The notes beneath the pieces were generated by a model. That model saw nothing but the letters and a program-made list of their open reading frames with translations, had not been told where the DNA came from and searched no databases. Source: Lepidodermella squamata (lineage: Eukaryota > Animalia > Gastrotricha). Taken from it: 64,000 nt of DNA. Both the position numbers and the translations under genes were made by a program. Below are positions 52,270 to 64,000 of the stretch, piece by piece. Position 1 is the first letter of the stretch; every line of letters starts with the position of its first letter. The stretch lies in NCBI GenBank assembly GCA_047495785.1, contig JBLDXI010000021.1, positions 744,001 through 808,000 of the forward strand, written 5' to 3'.

Positions 52270-53705
52270 TATTTTTGGTATTATTTATTATTATTTATTC
52301 AAGAGCACAAATCCCAAAGTTGAGAGCTCATAGAAAAGAAAGTTTGCTTGAAGTAAAAATTAGTAGCAGATTATCTTGTCAATTCGGTCCGTTTCAGCAT
52401 CAGTATTTCCAACAAAGATTCAACAATTATAATTTTTTCAGATTAGGTTTAGATAAAAAATATTTATAAACAAGTTGACGGCAAGAAAAGGCATCGTAGC
52501 AAATTTTGAAACCACAATCACATCTTGGCGGTAGGTTAGTGTAGTTCATAATGTCGATTGGGCGATGATGAGGGCAGTGAAAATATAAAGGTAGAGTGTT
52601 GAACAGACTAGGACCGGTGAAGCTAAGAGAGGCCTGACCGTAGTCCAGACGCATACGCGGTATTTTGAATGAGAGCTGGGAATAACGAGTGCGAGACGGA
52701 GGCTTCAGTACAAAAATAGATTTGATGGACACAGGCGCGTCGCCGACAACACAACGGTACATGAGAGTAGCAATATGTACATTACGCTTGCCTTGCAGGT
52801 CGAGCCATTCTAATTCATCACGAAGAGGAGAGGCGTCAGCGGAATCAGAAGCATTCATAATTATTCTCACTGCTTTGTCCTGAAGAGATTGCAATCGTTT
52901 CAAAGATGTGTCACAAGCTTCACCAAGTAATACATCGCAATACTGTAAATGAGAAAAAACTAGACCATTAGCCATTAATTTCAAGCAATTCCTGTTCAGT
53001 CCGTTTTTAGACGCTAGATGAAGAGCAAATAAGCCTTTGCGAGCTTAGGTACAGGCCTTGTCTATTTGCTGACTGTATAACAGTTTTTCGTCGAGAATGA
53101 AGCCTAGAAGAGTGATAGAGTTGGTTTGATCCAGCGAGTTATCGTTAATACTTATAGAAATTTTTCTGGCGGATTTACTAAGCGAGACTATCATGAGCTG
53201 CGATTTCTTACCGTTAACCTTAAGACAGTTTGAGCCTAATAACCAGTTGATAACATTATTAAGGTCGTTTTGAAGTACTGATTCCAATTCAGAATCATTT
53301 TTGGCAGCAAAATAAATGGTGGTATCGTCGGCGTATTGGATTACGGTGGATTTTAGTGATGAAAGTGGCAGCTCGTTAACATAAATTGTGAAAAGTAAAG
53401 GTCCCAATACAGAACCCTGTGGCACTCCATACTTAAGATCAGCTGTGTTCGAAATTTTTCCATTTACTTTGGTCAATTGTTGGCGGTTAGAAAGATAGCT
53501 AGTTAATAATTCGATAGCCGGCTCGTCGAAACCTGCACTACGTAAAGATGACAGAATACCAGGCGTGGTTAAGGTGTCAAAGGCTTTACTCATATCAATG
53601 CTAACTATCGCGATTGTCAAACCTTTGTCAAGAGCGCAACGCCAGTCGTTTGTCATTTTAGCTAGGCAAGTTTCGGTAGAGTGGTGCTTCCTAAATCCGA
53701 ATTGT
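52270..53705 (-). mobile_element. 5'-truncated LINE (CR1/L2-group) RT copy with one in-frame stop
   Basis: QFGFRKHHSTET, SIDMSKAFD, GVPQGSVLGPLLF, QYADDT, LGFILD; ORFs 53045-53656 and 52427-52984 are in the same frame and separated by one TAA; A/AAT-rich tail near 52270-52297. Confidence 0.92.
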
Positions 53706-54417
53706 GAGTATGCAATGAGAACACACCGATTACATCAAAAATTCGTTATTTCAAGGTAAGGAGAAACTGACAGAAACGCTGAACTTGTAAGCGTCCGATA
53801 GAGGTATGGCGAGAAAAATGCGCTGCGCTCAAGTCTTCAATAACAAAGCGCAAAACGATTGCAGATTAAAATCAATCAAATAGTAAGTATTTGATGAGCT
53901 TATTCAGTTTAGTTGGATTTTTTCGCATTGTTCTTACTTTGCGATTTTTCGTCATTTTTATGGGTAAAAACTCACGTAAAACTGAGAAGGTAACAGCACC
54001 ACACGACTATTTTCTGTAAAATAGAGCCACGCGATACGGCTAGTGTTGCAAAAAAATCAGCTGGGAAATTGCCTCGCCTAATTGTCTCATGTGACACTTT
54101 CCTCGAAGCTGGCCTCTGGCCTACCCTAGAGCTCTTTAGATACTTGATTATCGAGAAAATCAGAGACATGCAATTAGGCTATAACGCACACAGCCTCGTC
54201 ATATGAGTCTTTTCTGTTTCTCATCAACTTCGCTTCCCCAAGACTTGAAGCTTAACTGAATTTCGGTGCATTGATATAAAAAATGGGATTCAAGTTGAAA
54301 AGGTTTAACTTATTTTGAGCTGGATGATTTAATAATAAATAATCGTTTTTCGGAAAATTGTAACTTTTACCACGTTTCGTTTTACATTTTGTTTCAAACT
54401 TACATTTATTGTTCAAC

Positions 54418-56877
54418 ATGAAATACCATTTATTAGTGGCATTTGTGATAAGCTATTTTGTTCTGTCGATTCGAAGTTGGGGCGATGATAACGATGAGGA
54501 AGATGAAGAAAGTAATTTGGGCACTGGTAATGTTGACATCACTGAATCTTCGGCACTAACGGGTCGTCTCCAGTCTCCTGAAAAGGAGGCACCAGATGCG
54601 ATGATAATCGATTTCGAGATCCCTACCACTGAACACATTGGACGATGTGAACTTACAAGAAATCGGAATCTGATCCCGCCGAACTTCAAATTGGAAATTG
54701 AAGACGATCCTGAAGCCGGGAAGATGTTTCTGAAGGAAGGGCTCTCGAAAAGCTGCCAATTTTCCGGGGTCGCCTATTTCGATAAGTTGCCCCATCGAAC
54801 AAAGTGTGCGTTCAGTTTTTGTGACAAATTCAAAACTGGCATCGTTTGGTTGCCTGGCGAGGAAGCCTATCTGGGTATGACGATGACAGTCGACAAGAAA
54901 TGGAACTTCACAGTAAAGGGTAAACTGAAGAACTTCACAAGTCTTAACCCTGATCAGCCTGAAATTCAACGCAGAATAATGAAACTGCAGACTGATGAAA
55001 ACACGAAATGGATGCATCAGATGTTACAGGATGTTACTCCAATAAGGCATTGGTTCCATTTACGGCTCATGGTTGTTATAACTCCTGAAGCGTTCAAAGC
55101 TCCAATGCTCAACTCGCAGTTCGACGTAGCTTTTAAAGCAATGACAACTATGATCAACTACGTCAACGTCGTTTGGTCGCAAAACAACGTCCTAATTTAC
55201 CTGCAGCATTTGAAAATCTTGAAAGAGGGTAGCTTCCCTGACAGTGATTGGAACGGAAATGATCCTGATGAGCAGGTCATGGTAAAATTAGTCAGTTACA
55301 TTAAAGCCACCATATGGGTGGAACCTGACAATGATAAGAACATCGATTTCATCGTCGTTATTCGAAATCTGAATGGTGCAAAGAAGCCCGATGCAGCTTC
55401 AACGCTTGGTTTGGCTTACATGGGTACTGTTTGTCAGAAGAGGCACCTGTCTGCTAACATGCTGGCAGTTAGAACTATTAACGATCACACCGTTGAATCT
55501 GGTGTTTTCATATTAGCCGGACTCGTCTCACACGAGCTTGGACATGCTTTCAGTACTTGAAGACTCAGCTTTCATCTGAATTTTGAATTTCATTCATGTT
55601 TTATTTTAGATTCTGAACATGATAAAAGTAACTGCACATGCCCAAGCCCTGATAGGGTTTGCATCATGAACGACAAGGTTGATAAAGGTGCTCACAGGCT
55701 GATCCAATGGGCTTGGAGTGATTGCAGTCGAACATCGATTAATCTCTATAAAACCCATATCACTAAAGCCTACCCTCGGTGCCTTCGAAGATTGCCTTCA
55801 TTGGCGCCCGGATACTCGGAAAAAAGCATTTGTGGCAACGGTATGCTAGAAGATGCAGAAGAGTGTGATTGCGGACCTGGTGCAGATTCGGGCGCTCCAC
55901 CCAGGCATTACTTCACAACGATTTTCTGCGAAAATCCGGCATGCTGCGATTTTAAGACTTGCAAGCTGAGGAAAGGCGCCAAATGTGCTCAGGGCAGTTG
56001 CTGCGACTCGTCAACTTGCTCGTTCTACGACAACCGAACCATTTGCCGCATGCCCCTTACAAACTGCGATTTGCTCGAAGTCTGCCCGGGTGACTCAGCT
56101 CGTTGCCCAATCGACCGCTACTACATGACCGGAACGCCATGTTTTTTCAACAGAACCGAAGGCGTCGCCAACGGGACTTGTTACATCGGCGAATGCATTA
56201 ACCGGCAAGAAAGTTGCGCTCAGCTGATGGACGGCCGTTATGACGAAGTTCTAAGTCCCCACTGCGCGGAGAAATTGAATGTTCGCGGTCAACTTGGCGC
56301 GAATTGCGGTCATAAATATATCCAAACTATGGAAACGGCCATGGCCGAAGTAAATTTCACTCCCTGTCATCCATCTGATGTCGAATGCGGCAATCAGATG
56401 TGCGTTGACGTAGTTGATGATAAACCTGACTCTGAACGCTCTGGATCACTATCAACTTGGAAAGTAGGACAAGATTTCTGCTACTCATTTACGGGTGAAA
56501 GCGTAAGTATTCATTTGACGTCATTGAAATTTTGAAGTTTCAACTTTGATTTACAGCTGCCAGACGTTGGCTGGACACCTAATGGTATGCCTTGTGCGAA
56601 TGGTACTAAATTCTGTCTTGATCAGAAGTGTAGCGAGAACATGCCCTCTTGCAAAGACCCGCCTTGCGACAACTTTGGTAAACATGTCGATCCGCTAAAC
56701 GAGTACCTGGACGATTCTGGTCAAGTTTTCTTGGTAACCCCACGTCCTGTTACGAAACCTCAGCCTCATGTTACCTTCAAAAATGATTCACCATTGGCGC
56801 CTAAGCTTTTCATCACGTCAATTACACCAAGCTTCAAATTTTTCTTAGTTACTGTCATAATTATCAAAGTTTATTGA
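54418..56877 (+). CDS. ADAM-like (M12B/reprolysin) metalloprotease 1: signal, prodomain, protease, disintegrin, Cys-rich, hydrophobic C-terminus
   Basis: Exons 54418-55552, 55610-56502, 56557-56877. GLAYMGTVC; zinc motif HELGHAFNSEHD; Met-turn CIM; [15 protein letters not shown]; disintegrin loop CDLLEVCPG. Confidence 0.88.
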
Positions 56878-57014
56878 AAATCCTCAAAAATAAAGTTTCC
56901 TTGGTTTCAATGAAGAAAATTCCTCCTTAAAATCAGTTTTAATCTATCTGAGTTAATAAGGCGGATCATTAAAAAAGTTCAATTGTTTTTTTCATCTTTC
57001 ATCACTATGTCAGG

Positions 57015-58597
57015 ATGCTGAGACTCCTCTTGGCTCTGGCTTATTTCTCACCCCTGGTTTGGGCAGAATTTTCGAGTGAAGATGACCCTCGAGAAGAGAA
57101 GTTTCTCGGTACTGGACCAGTCATCATATCGGAGCTTCGTACTTTGCATGGTCGGTTAGTGACGGGGAATGAGAAAACTTTGGTTCTTGAGTTTCGAATA
57201 CCTAAAATTGACCTCACGGGGAAATGCGAGTTGCTGAAAACTACCTTCCTAGGTTTCGTTGATACCGTGGGTTCTTGCCATTATACTGGGCTCGCAACAT
57301 TTGACGCTATTCCAGCTCGAACGAAATGTGCTTTTAGCCTTTGTGAACGTTTAAAAGTTGGCTTTATTTGGCTGCCAGGGGGAGAAGCGTGCCTTCTCCT
57401 CTCAATGATCGGAGATGGAATTTGGAGACATTCTATTGTCGGTAAATTCCGTAATTTTCCTATGTTGAGTCCGGAATTGAATGCTAAGGATGAGAGCAGC
57501 CTGTTGATTCGGGAAATTTCCGAAGAATTAGTTGGCAGGAAACCTGTTTCTCGCCGTCGATTGTTTCATTTACGGCTGGCTGTTATCATAACTGGGGAAG
57601 TGTACAATTCATTAGCATTGGAGAGAGATTTTAACAAAACAGTTGCGACGTTCACCGCAGTCATCAACAACGTCAATTTCATTTGGTTGCAGCTCGGCGT
57701 GGTAGTTTACCTTCAACATTTGTCTGTCTATGAAGACCGCGCCTTCCCGGACTCGGATTGGAATTTGAATACAGAAATCGAACGATCCCGCAGAATTCTA
57801 TACCCTCTAGATAATCTTGCCAATAAGGAATACTGGACACATGACTTTTTCCGGCGAAACATTGATTTCATTGTGTTCGTGCGAAACTTGAGGGGCAGCA
57901 AGGGTGATAGAGAAGATGGGATGGTTGCGCTGGGAATAACAAACAGAGGCATCATTTGTCGAAATCCTTCTGCAACAGGTGGCGATTTGATGGTTGTGCG
58001 AACCATCAGGAATCATACGCTAGAAGCTGGCATACTAGCCCTTTCCAGCACCATCGCTCATGAACTTGGACATGCATTCGGTTAGCTTTCCTATTTTCGA
58101 CATTTCTTTACTCAGGGTTCATATTTTTATTAGGTCAGGATCATGACGAACAAGGAAAATGTACGTGCGCAAGTCGAACCACCGGTAACTGCATTATGAA
58201 CAGCACAGCAGATGCAAGAAACGGGCAGCTTTTGCAATGGGCTTGGTCAAACTGCAGTCTTAAGATAATTCACCGATATCTAGATGAAATCGGCGGTTAT
58301 AATGCTGGATGTCTTCAAAGAATTCCGGGTCCATCCGAATTCCGGCGAGACAACACCTGCGGAAACGGCTTGTTGGAAATTGGCGAGGAGTGTGATTGCG
58401 GGCCGGCAATTCGTTACATAAAATTTGCCACCAAGTATTCCACTGATTTTTGCGTATCTCCGAAATGTTGCGACTTTGAAAAATGCCGAATTCGAAGAAA
58501 CATACCCGAATGTAACGAAGCTGATTATTACACTGCGCCGCTATTTCTTCAGCTTATTGCAATTTTAATCGCAATCATTTCATTGGAGCTTTTATAA
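57015..58597 (+). CDS. ADAM-like metalloprotease 2, truncated within the disintegrin domain
   Basis: Exons 57015-58080, 58134-58597. Paralogous to the upstream gene (TKCAFS.C, WLPG.EA, FPDSDWN, NIDFIV); HELGHAFGQDHD; CIM; CGNGLLEIGEECDCG; ends LFLQLIAILIAIISLELL*. Confidence 0.87.
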
Positions 58598-59255
58598 CGA
58601 TTTGATGCTTATAAACAACTAATTGTCCATACTCTCCTGAAGAGGCTGGTTATTTGTTAGTCTTACTGATGGCTGTCAAATGAATCATTATTCCCAGGCC
58701 ACGTCGACTCATTGCGTGCCTGGACAGCTGGCAGCCTTACCTTTTCCTCTCACGTCAAGGAAAAAATGCCAAACTCGCTTATTCCATCCGTGTTTACATT
58801 AACACCGGTTGGTTCTTACAGGTATTAGTCACCTTGCTGGGCTCCATGCCAAATGTTTATGTCACCTTGTGGTTAGTGATAAGCAGCTGATAATTGGATT
58901 ACGCATTTTGGTTAAATTCAACAAGATTAATGATAACATCAAGTACGCAGTCCAAAAAAAAACAAAAGCTGACGAGAAATTTTTTTATTCTTGTTTTTTG
59001 ACAAAAGTTTTCCGGGAGAAGAAAATAATATTATTATTTTTTGCAAATGCAATGGCTGTGAATTACACGACTGAATTGTCTGATCTGTTTGGTATCTAAT
59101 TTATCGCCTGTACAACAGGCCAGCGGGTATGTCAGAAATCACAATCACAAAAAGAACTGAGTTACACTTTTTTGTTTTGGGGAAGACGAACGAAGCACGT
59201 TTATCAAATTCATCTCTCACTAATTTTCGCATCAGTGCGGCTCGTTCACGATTTT

Positions 59256-60988
59256 TTACTGGAGAGGAGAGAACGGAGTCGGGATCAAGATGCGTGAGAC
59301 CATCTTGCGGATGAGCGGGACTGTGTAGGCGACGTTTTCATCCCAGCCCGGGTGCCGCCACGCCGCTTCACGAGTTTCTTTGCGCGACTGCATGTCCTTG
59401 TAGTTCCACAAGTGATGAACGGTGTATAGATTGCCCATCTGTTCGAACCTGTGAGGCAAATTTGAATCCAAAATTGAGGCAATTATTCAAAAAATTATAA
59501 AAAAAACTCTCATAAAAAATCAAATGAAATTCAAAAATTCTCACAAAAAATCAAGAATGGTACAATAAATCTAGGAAACCTATTGCATTATTCGAATCAG
59601 AAAACTATTTAATTACTCATTTTCAATCAATTTTCAACCGATAATATATTTCAAAAATTCCTTATTTCGACCTGCGGTCTATTCTAAAAAGTGGTCGAGG
59701 ATTCAGGATATATTTTCCATTTTTTTTTATAAATCGCGAATGTTATTTTTTACATAAAAAATTCATCATAATTTTCAAGATTTTCACCGCAAAGTATTTG
59801 TTCTGGGTTGAATTTTTCAAATAAATTTTTAAATTATTTTTGCTTACCAGCCGCTGACGGCTTCGTTATTGAGCTGTCGAAATTTGATACCACGCGCCCA
59901 CAAATTGCCCCATTCGATGAGGTTACCAGGTCGCAGTGAATAAGTTCGCAGTTCGTAGATGGACGGTTCCGGTCCAAAGAGTTTACGCGGTTCAGGGTCG
60001 TTCCAGAACGAGAATTTCATCATAATAAGGTTGCGACGCCTGTCAATCAAGCGATTCCGCTCCTTGCGGAACTCGACAAAGTCCTTGTCGGTACGGTACA
60101 GATGCGTGGCCTTGTGCAGATCGCTGTAGTCATTGTATCGCCAGATGTGAACTTAATAAACGAAACAAAGTACATCATTTATGAGGTCTGTCTACATCAC
60201 AGCGCCGCCACACCGGCCGCCACAAAGTGCATAAAATGCGGCTTGAAATGGCTAATATACAAAACAACGTTTATTTTATCGCACTGAATCAGTCACGCGC
60301 ATACTCAAATACATAAAAGACTGCGTTCATTATGTTAACACTTGCTGGTATAAATCATGCATTCTCTCGCGGTACCTTGCACCCTGTGTGGGCGTTTTTT
60401 TCCGGCACCCTTATAATATTGTTAATAACATTACAGCCAAGATTTTTTGCTATTAGGCGCTACATGTGTTTCATGTGATACAACATCGTCGTAAAACAGA
60501 AATAATATAAGAAAATAAACTAACTGGCTTCGTCTTGGTCGCCGATCTCGACTGTCCAGCTGCCAACGAGTTCTGCGCCAGTTTGTTTAGCATTGATCAT
60601 AGAAATGAAAGAAGTACTGAAAAAAAATCATTTGTTTAAGGTGGACTATTTGTGGCTTTGAATTACTATTGTTTGAGATATTCTTCCATATAGCGAGGCT
60701 TGACGTGGTGGACTAGAAAAGGAATGCTTGAAACATGATTGGGAAGTCAATTACGCATGGCTTACTTTGCATTTCATAAGTGTGATGCGACTCAGCCAAG
60801 CGAGCTGCGTGAGGTCCGACAGCGACCTCGCCTGAACCGCCCTGTCGGTCGAAAATTTTACCGAGCCAGCCTTGGCGGCCGCCATCACCGGACTCATTAA
60901 GCCTCGAGGCGGTCACACTCAAGTTTCGCGTCGCCGCATTTCCAGCGCGTTTCAGAGCCACGACGAACAATTGAGCGGGTTTTAGCAT
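59256..60988 (-). CDS. NIPSNAP: NIPSNAP family mitochondrial protein
   Basis: Mitochondrial presequence-like N-terminus; five exons; [77 protein letters not shown]. Confidence 0.94.
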
Positions 60989-61312
60989 TATTTTATCTAG
61001 AATTATATCTACGCGGAAGGTAAACTTTAATTAAAACAAAACTATCTATCACATTTTATTGTCATCTTTTCTTTATATACTTTGATTTACAACAGCTTGA
61101 CATGGTGCAGTTATGTTTCTGTAAAAGCCACAGCCAAAAAGCAACAACACACGCGGACACAACAGGAGGTGCTGAAAGTTGCAAAGGCAGCCATGACAGT
61201 AAAAAATAGCAAATCTCACTCTGCAAAAGCCACACTCAAAATACGATTAAAATGTAACTGAAAAACGAATTCGATATCGCAGAACAACTTTAGTTTGCCA
61301 GAAATTATGCGT

Positions 61313-61597
61313 TTAGTCGTCATCCTCATCATCGTCCTCCTTATGCACGAAAATGTCGTTTTCTTCGAGAAAATTGGCTCCTGTTTTGCTGATAGTTGCG
61401 CCGAGGAATACGAATGGCACGACAACCGCAATGATCTGGATAGTCTTGAGTTTTTTAATGAACGGTTTGGGCAAAATAGCTCCGGATTGGGTCGTCACAG
61501 TTCGCAGGGCGTTGGCAGTTGCCGGAGATTGAATCGTTTGAAGTAATAATTTATTTGAGGATGCAAGGACGCTGGTACGAACCAGGGATCGCAGCAT
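61313..61597 (-). CDS. SMDT1: EMRE (essential MCU regulator)
   Basis: Presequence, TQSGAILPKP, TM with VPF..GATISK.GA.FLEENDIFV, acidic tail EDDDEDDD; intronless. Confidence 0.93.
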   Translation of the reverse strand: MLRSLVRTSVLASSNKLLLQTIQSPATANALRTVTTQSGAILPKPFIKKLKTIQIIAVVVPFVFLGATISKTGANFLEENDIFVHKEDDDEDDD

Positions 61598-62144
61598 TGT
61601 AAATCGTTTATCAAAAAGTGACTCTAAAAACATAAAATAGCCAGAGTTATATTCAAGCTTTCTTTAAATGTTTATTTCTAGGTATTATTAAGCAGATAAT
61701 ATTGGTCTCAAGCGTCGAAACATGATTGCAATCAGATCAAAAATAGTTGCATAATTGAATAACTCACTTTGTAACCTTTCAATAAGCTGAAAGCAGCAGT
61801 ATGGCAATATAAGCACAGTCGAAATGTTAATATATTCGTTGAGGAAGTTTTCATGCACCATGCGTGTGTACCAAAGCTAAAAACTATGTTTTGTGTGTAC
61901 AAAATGCCGGAACTGTGTCCACGACACATGAATTGGAATCGAGTTGACATTGCAATGTTTCGAGATAACAGCAAGCATCAAAAGATAAATTTATCGTAAA
62001 AACAAACGTGGCAAGCAGATCACATTCTGCATTGTAGCGAGATGATCAAGTTCAACAGAAAAGCATTAACGTGGTCAGTATTCGATCAAAGTCACAGGTA
62101 AATCTGTCAGCTTTGCGATAGTAAGTCTTTGAAAATGTTGGAAT

Positions 62145-62660
62145 TTACTGGACCGAAGCGGAGAGACGCTTTTCCTCGGCAATCTCAACGGCGGTTGGAA
62201 GACGGATTTTCTCTTCTGGCTCAACATGCTGCAACTTGTTGGCTTCGAAACTTTCAATCTTCTGGCGAAGTTCGGCTTCACGTTTCTCGTTTTCAATGTC
62301 CTCCGGGGTAGGGAGAACGGTTTTCTCCTCAGGTTGAACCTTGTTCAAATTCTTCGCAGAAAACGATTCAATGCTGGTGCGGATTTCGATTTCACGTTTC
62401 TCCGACTCGATGTCATCAACGGTTGGTAGACAGCTCTTCTCTACAGAGAGAACTGACTTGAGGGAAGGGCGTGAAGTGTGCTCAATCTCTGAGATGACAC
62501 CTTCCTTGACTATTTCGGTTTTCTCCTGGATCAAATCGTCTCTGCTTGGCAACACATTTTTAATTTCGGTGGAAACTGGTCGGAGTTTCGGCTTATCAGA
62601 TTCGGCAACTAGCTTAGCGATCACCTTGGCCTGTTCAGCATCAGCAGTGGTTGGTTCCAT
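62145..62660 (-). CDS. Four-repeat beta-thymosin/WH2 actin-binding protein (tetrathymosin/ciboulot-like)
   Basis: Four repeats of L-x-x-V-x-x-x-(E/I)K-x-x-LP-(S/T)-x-x-(D/E)-(I/L)-x-x-EK; intronless. Confidence 0.9.
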   Translation of the reverse strand: MEPTTADAEQAKVIAKLVAESDKPKLRPVSTEIKNVLPSRDDLIQEKTEIVKEGVISEIEHTSRPSLKSVLSVEKSCLPTVDDIESEKREIEIRTSIESFSAKNLNKVQPEEKTVLPTPEDIENEKREAELRQKIESFEANKLQHVEPEEKIRLPTAVEIAEEKRLSASVQ

Positions 62661-64000
62661 GTTTCAATGAAAAAATCTTGATTACAATAAGTTGGCTATC
62701 AAAAACACATAACACATAATACAAAATAAGTATATGGAGACAATTAACAGAGGCTAAAATCTGCACCAATAAAGGATCACCGCCAACCGTCAGAATGTAG
62801 AATTAAGTATCACCCATACAAAACCTTCCTATAGCCTATCATAGAACAACCCCAATTGCACGTGCGAGGTGACTAAATAGAGTCTTATGGTATAGGCGAA
62901 CACATGCAAGTTCTTATTTATGTCAGCGATCATCATCAGGGTTGTTGAAAGAATAGAGGCCCTCGTCGCTTTCTGGCTCATTCGACGAAGTAATGAGGGA
63001 CACCCATCAGCATCAATGAATCAGGGATTATTCATTCTTCAATCTTCGATTTGCAGAGCGTTGATTGCCAACTGCAGAATGTATGAATATGGAATGCGCA
63101 AAGCTGGAGAAACGTTAGGGACCTTTAGTAGAAATCCGGTTCTGAACACCTGGATGACAGCGCGTAGAACAACCAACAAAGGTCGAGGGTCGAGGGTATA
63201 GGAACATTTCGCGGGCATTCAAAAACTCCGCATTAGCGACTGGGAATAACAAATAAAATATGTTTGAAAATTGAGCTGAGCAATTATGTGCACAGAAAAT
63301 TTCTTGTTGGTGAAGGTCAGGTTACGAAGGAATACAAAAATCTACGCTCGAGAGGCTCCTCCTAGCTGCTTTGAGTTTCGCGGTGCCCGCGATTCGAACG
63401 CTGTTCTGGTCGCTGGCTGTTGGCCAAAAGTCGAGTGTTCCCCATTCCTTCTTATGGTAACCGTTCATGCAATTCGATTAACAGTGATCAATCGCTTATA
63501 TTTGTTATATCACTATTCAGCAGTTCAAGGGCTGGCTTTCGACAGCGAGCATTAAATAATTAGCCGCAAGATAACTAATCAGGGCGCATAATTGATTGAT
63601 TAACCGACTCTCGACTCTAGTAATATCACACCCGATTTGGTGGTTATCTTGCGGGGAATTTTCATGTCGAATCTGATCTCTCATTAGATAATACTTATGG
63701 CGAATGCATGTTAGCGATCTGGTGACAAAACTCCCAGCTTAGGGAATAGGGAACTTCAAATTCATTTTGACTAAACGCGCATTTTCAACTTTTGAAGTCG
63801 TTATTTATCCATTTGTATGCTTTCCTCTGATCGAATGTGTTGCGGCCTAAATATATCTCTTTCCTTTGTGTGTAGCTCTTTCGAAAGACGCCTTTATTAT
63901 CCATGCGATTACTTATTTAATAACAAATATAAATTTTATGATGCTTGTTACGATACAAATATAGTATCTTATATAGCAAGATTGCAATGAAGATGAAAGT

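Overview
Gene-dense eukaryotic (invertebrate metazoan) genomic DNA with mostly ~50-60 nt introns; the organism cannot be named from sequence alone. Hand-spliced gene models, left to right: three tandem CHFR-family RING E3 ligase paralogs with different domain content (full-length plus RGG boxes; compact full-length; RING plus acidic tail only), an LHFPL-type tetraspan, an orphan SP-rich/helical protein, TEKT1, PEX12, MYO19, hnRNP F/H, GPR89, a Tousled-like kinase, two orphan membrane proteins, an NHL-repeat protein, two alpha-1,3-fucosyltransferases (GT10), two tail-less ADAM-like proteases, NIPSNAP, EMRE and a four-repeat beta-thymosin. Mobile DNA includes decayed Ty3/gypsy, Helitron-like and LINE fragments and four TIR elements (MITEs). 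The main structural signal is at the junctions between co-oriented genes: a poly(A) hexamer sits ~40-57 nt upstream of an apparently unpaired splice acceptor that lies just before the next ATG, which suggests operons resolved by spliced-leader trans-splicing. Other highlights are the modular CHFR cluster (with a predicted short FHA-RING isoform and a duplicated acidic exon) and a 139-nt frameshifting, G-run-flanked hnRNP F/H exon that looks like the conserved autoregulatory AS-NMD switch. All exon coordinates come from manual reading and no database searches were run.
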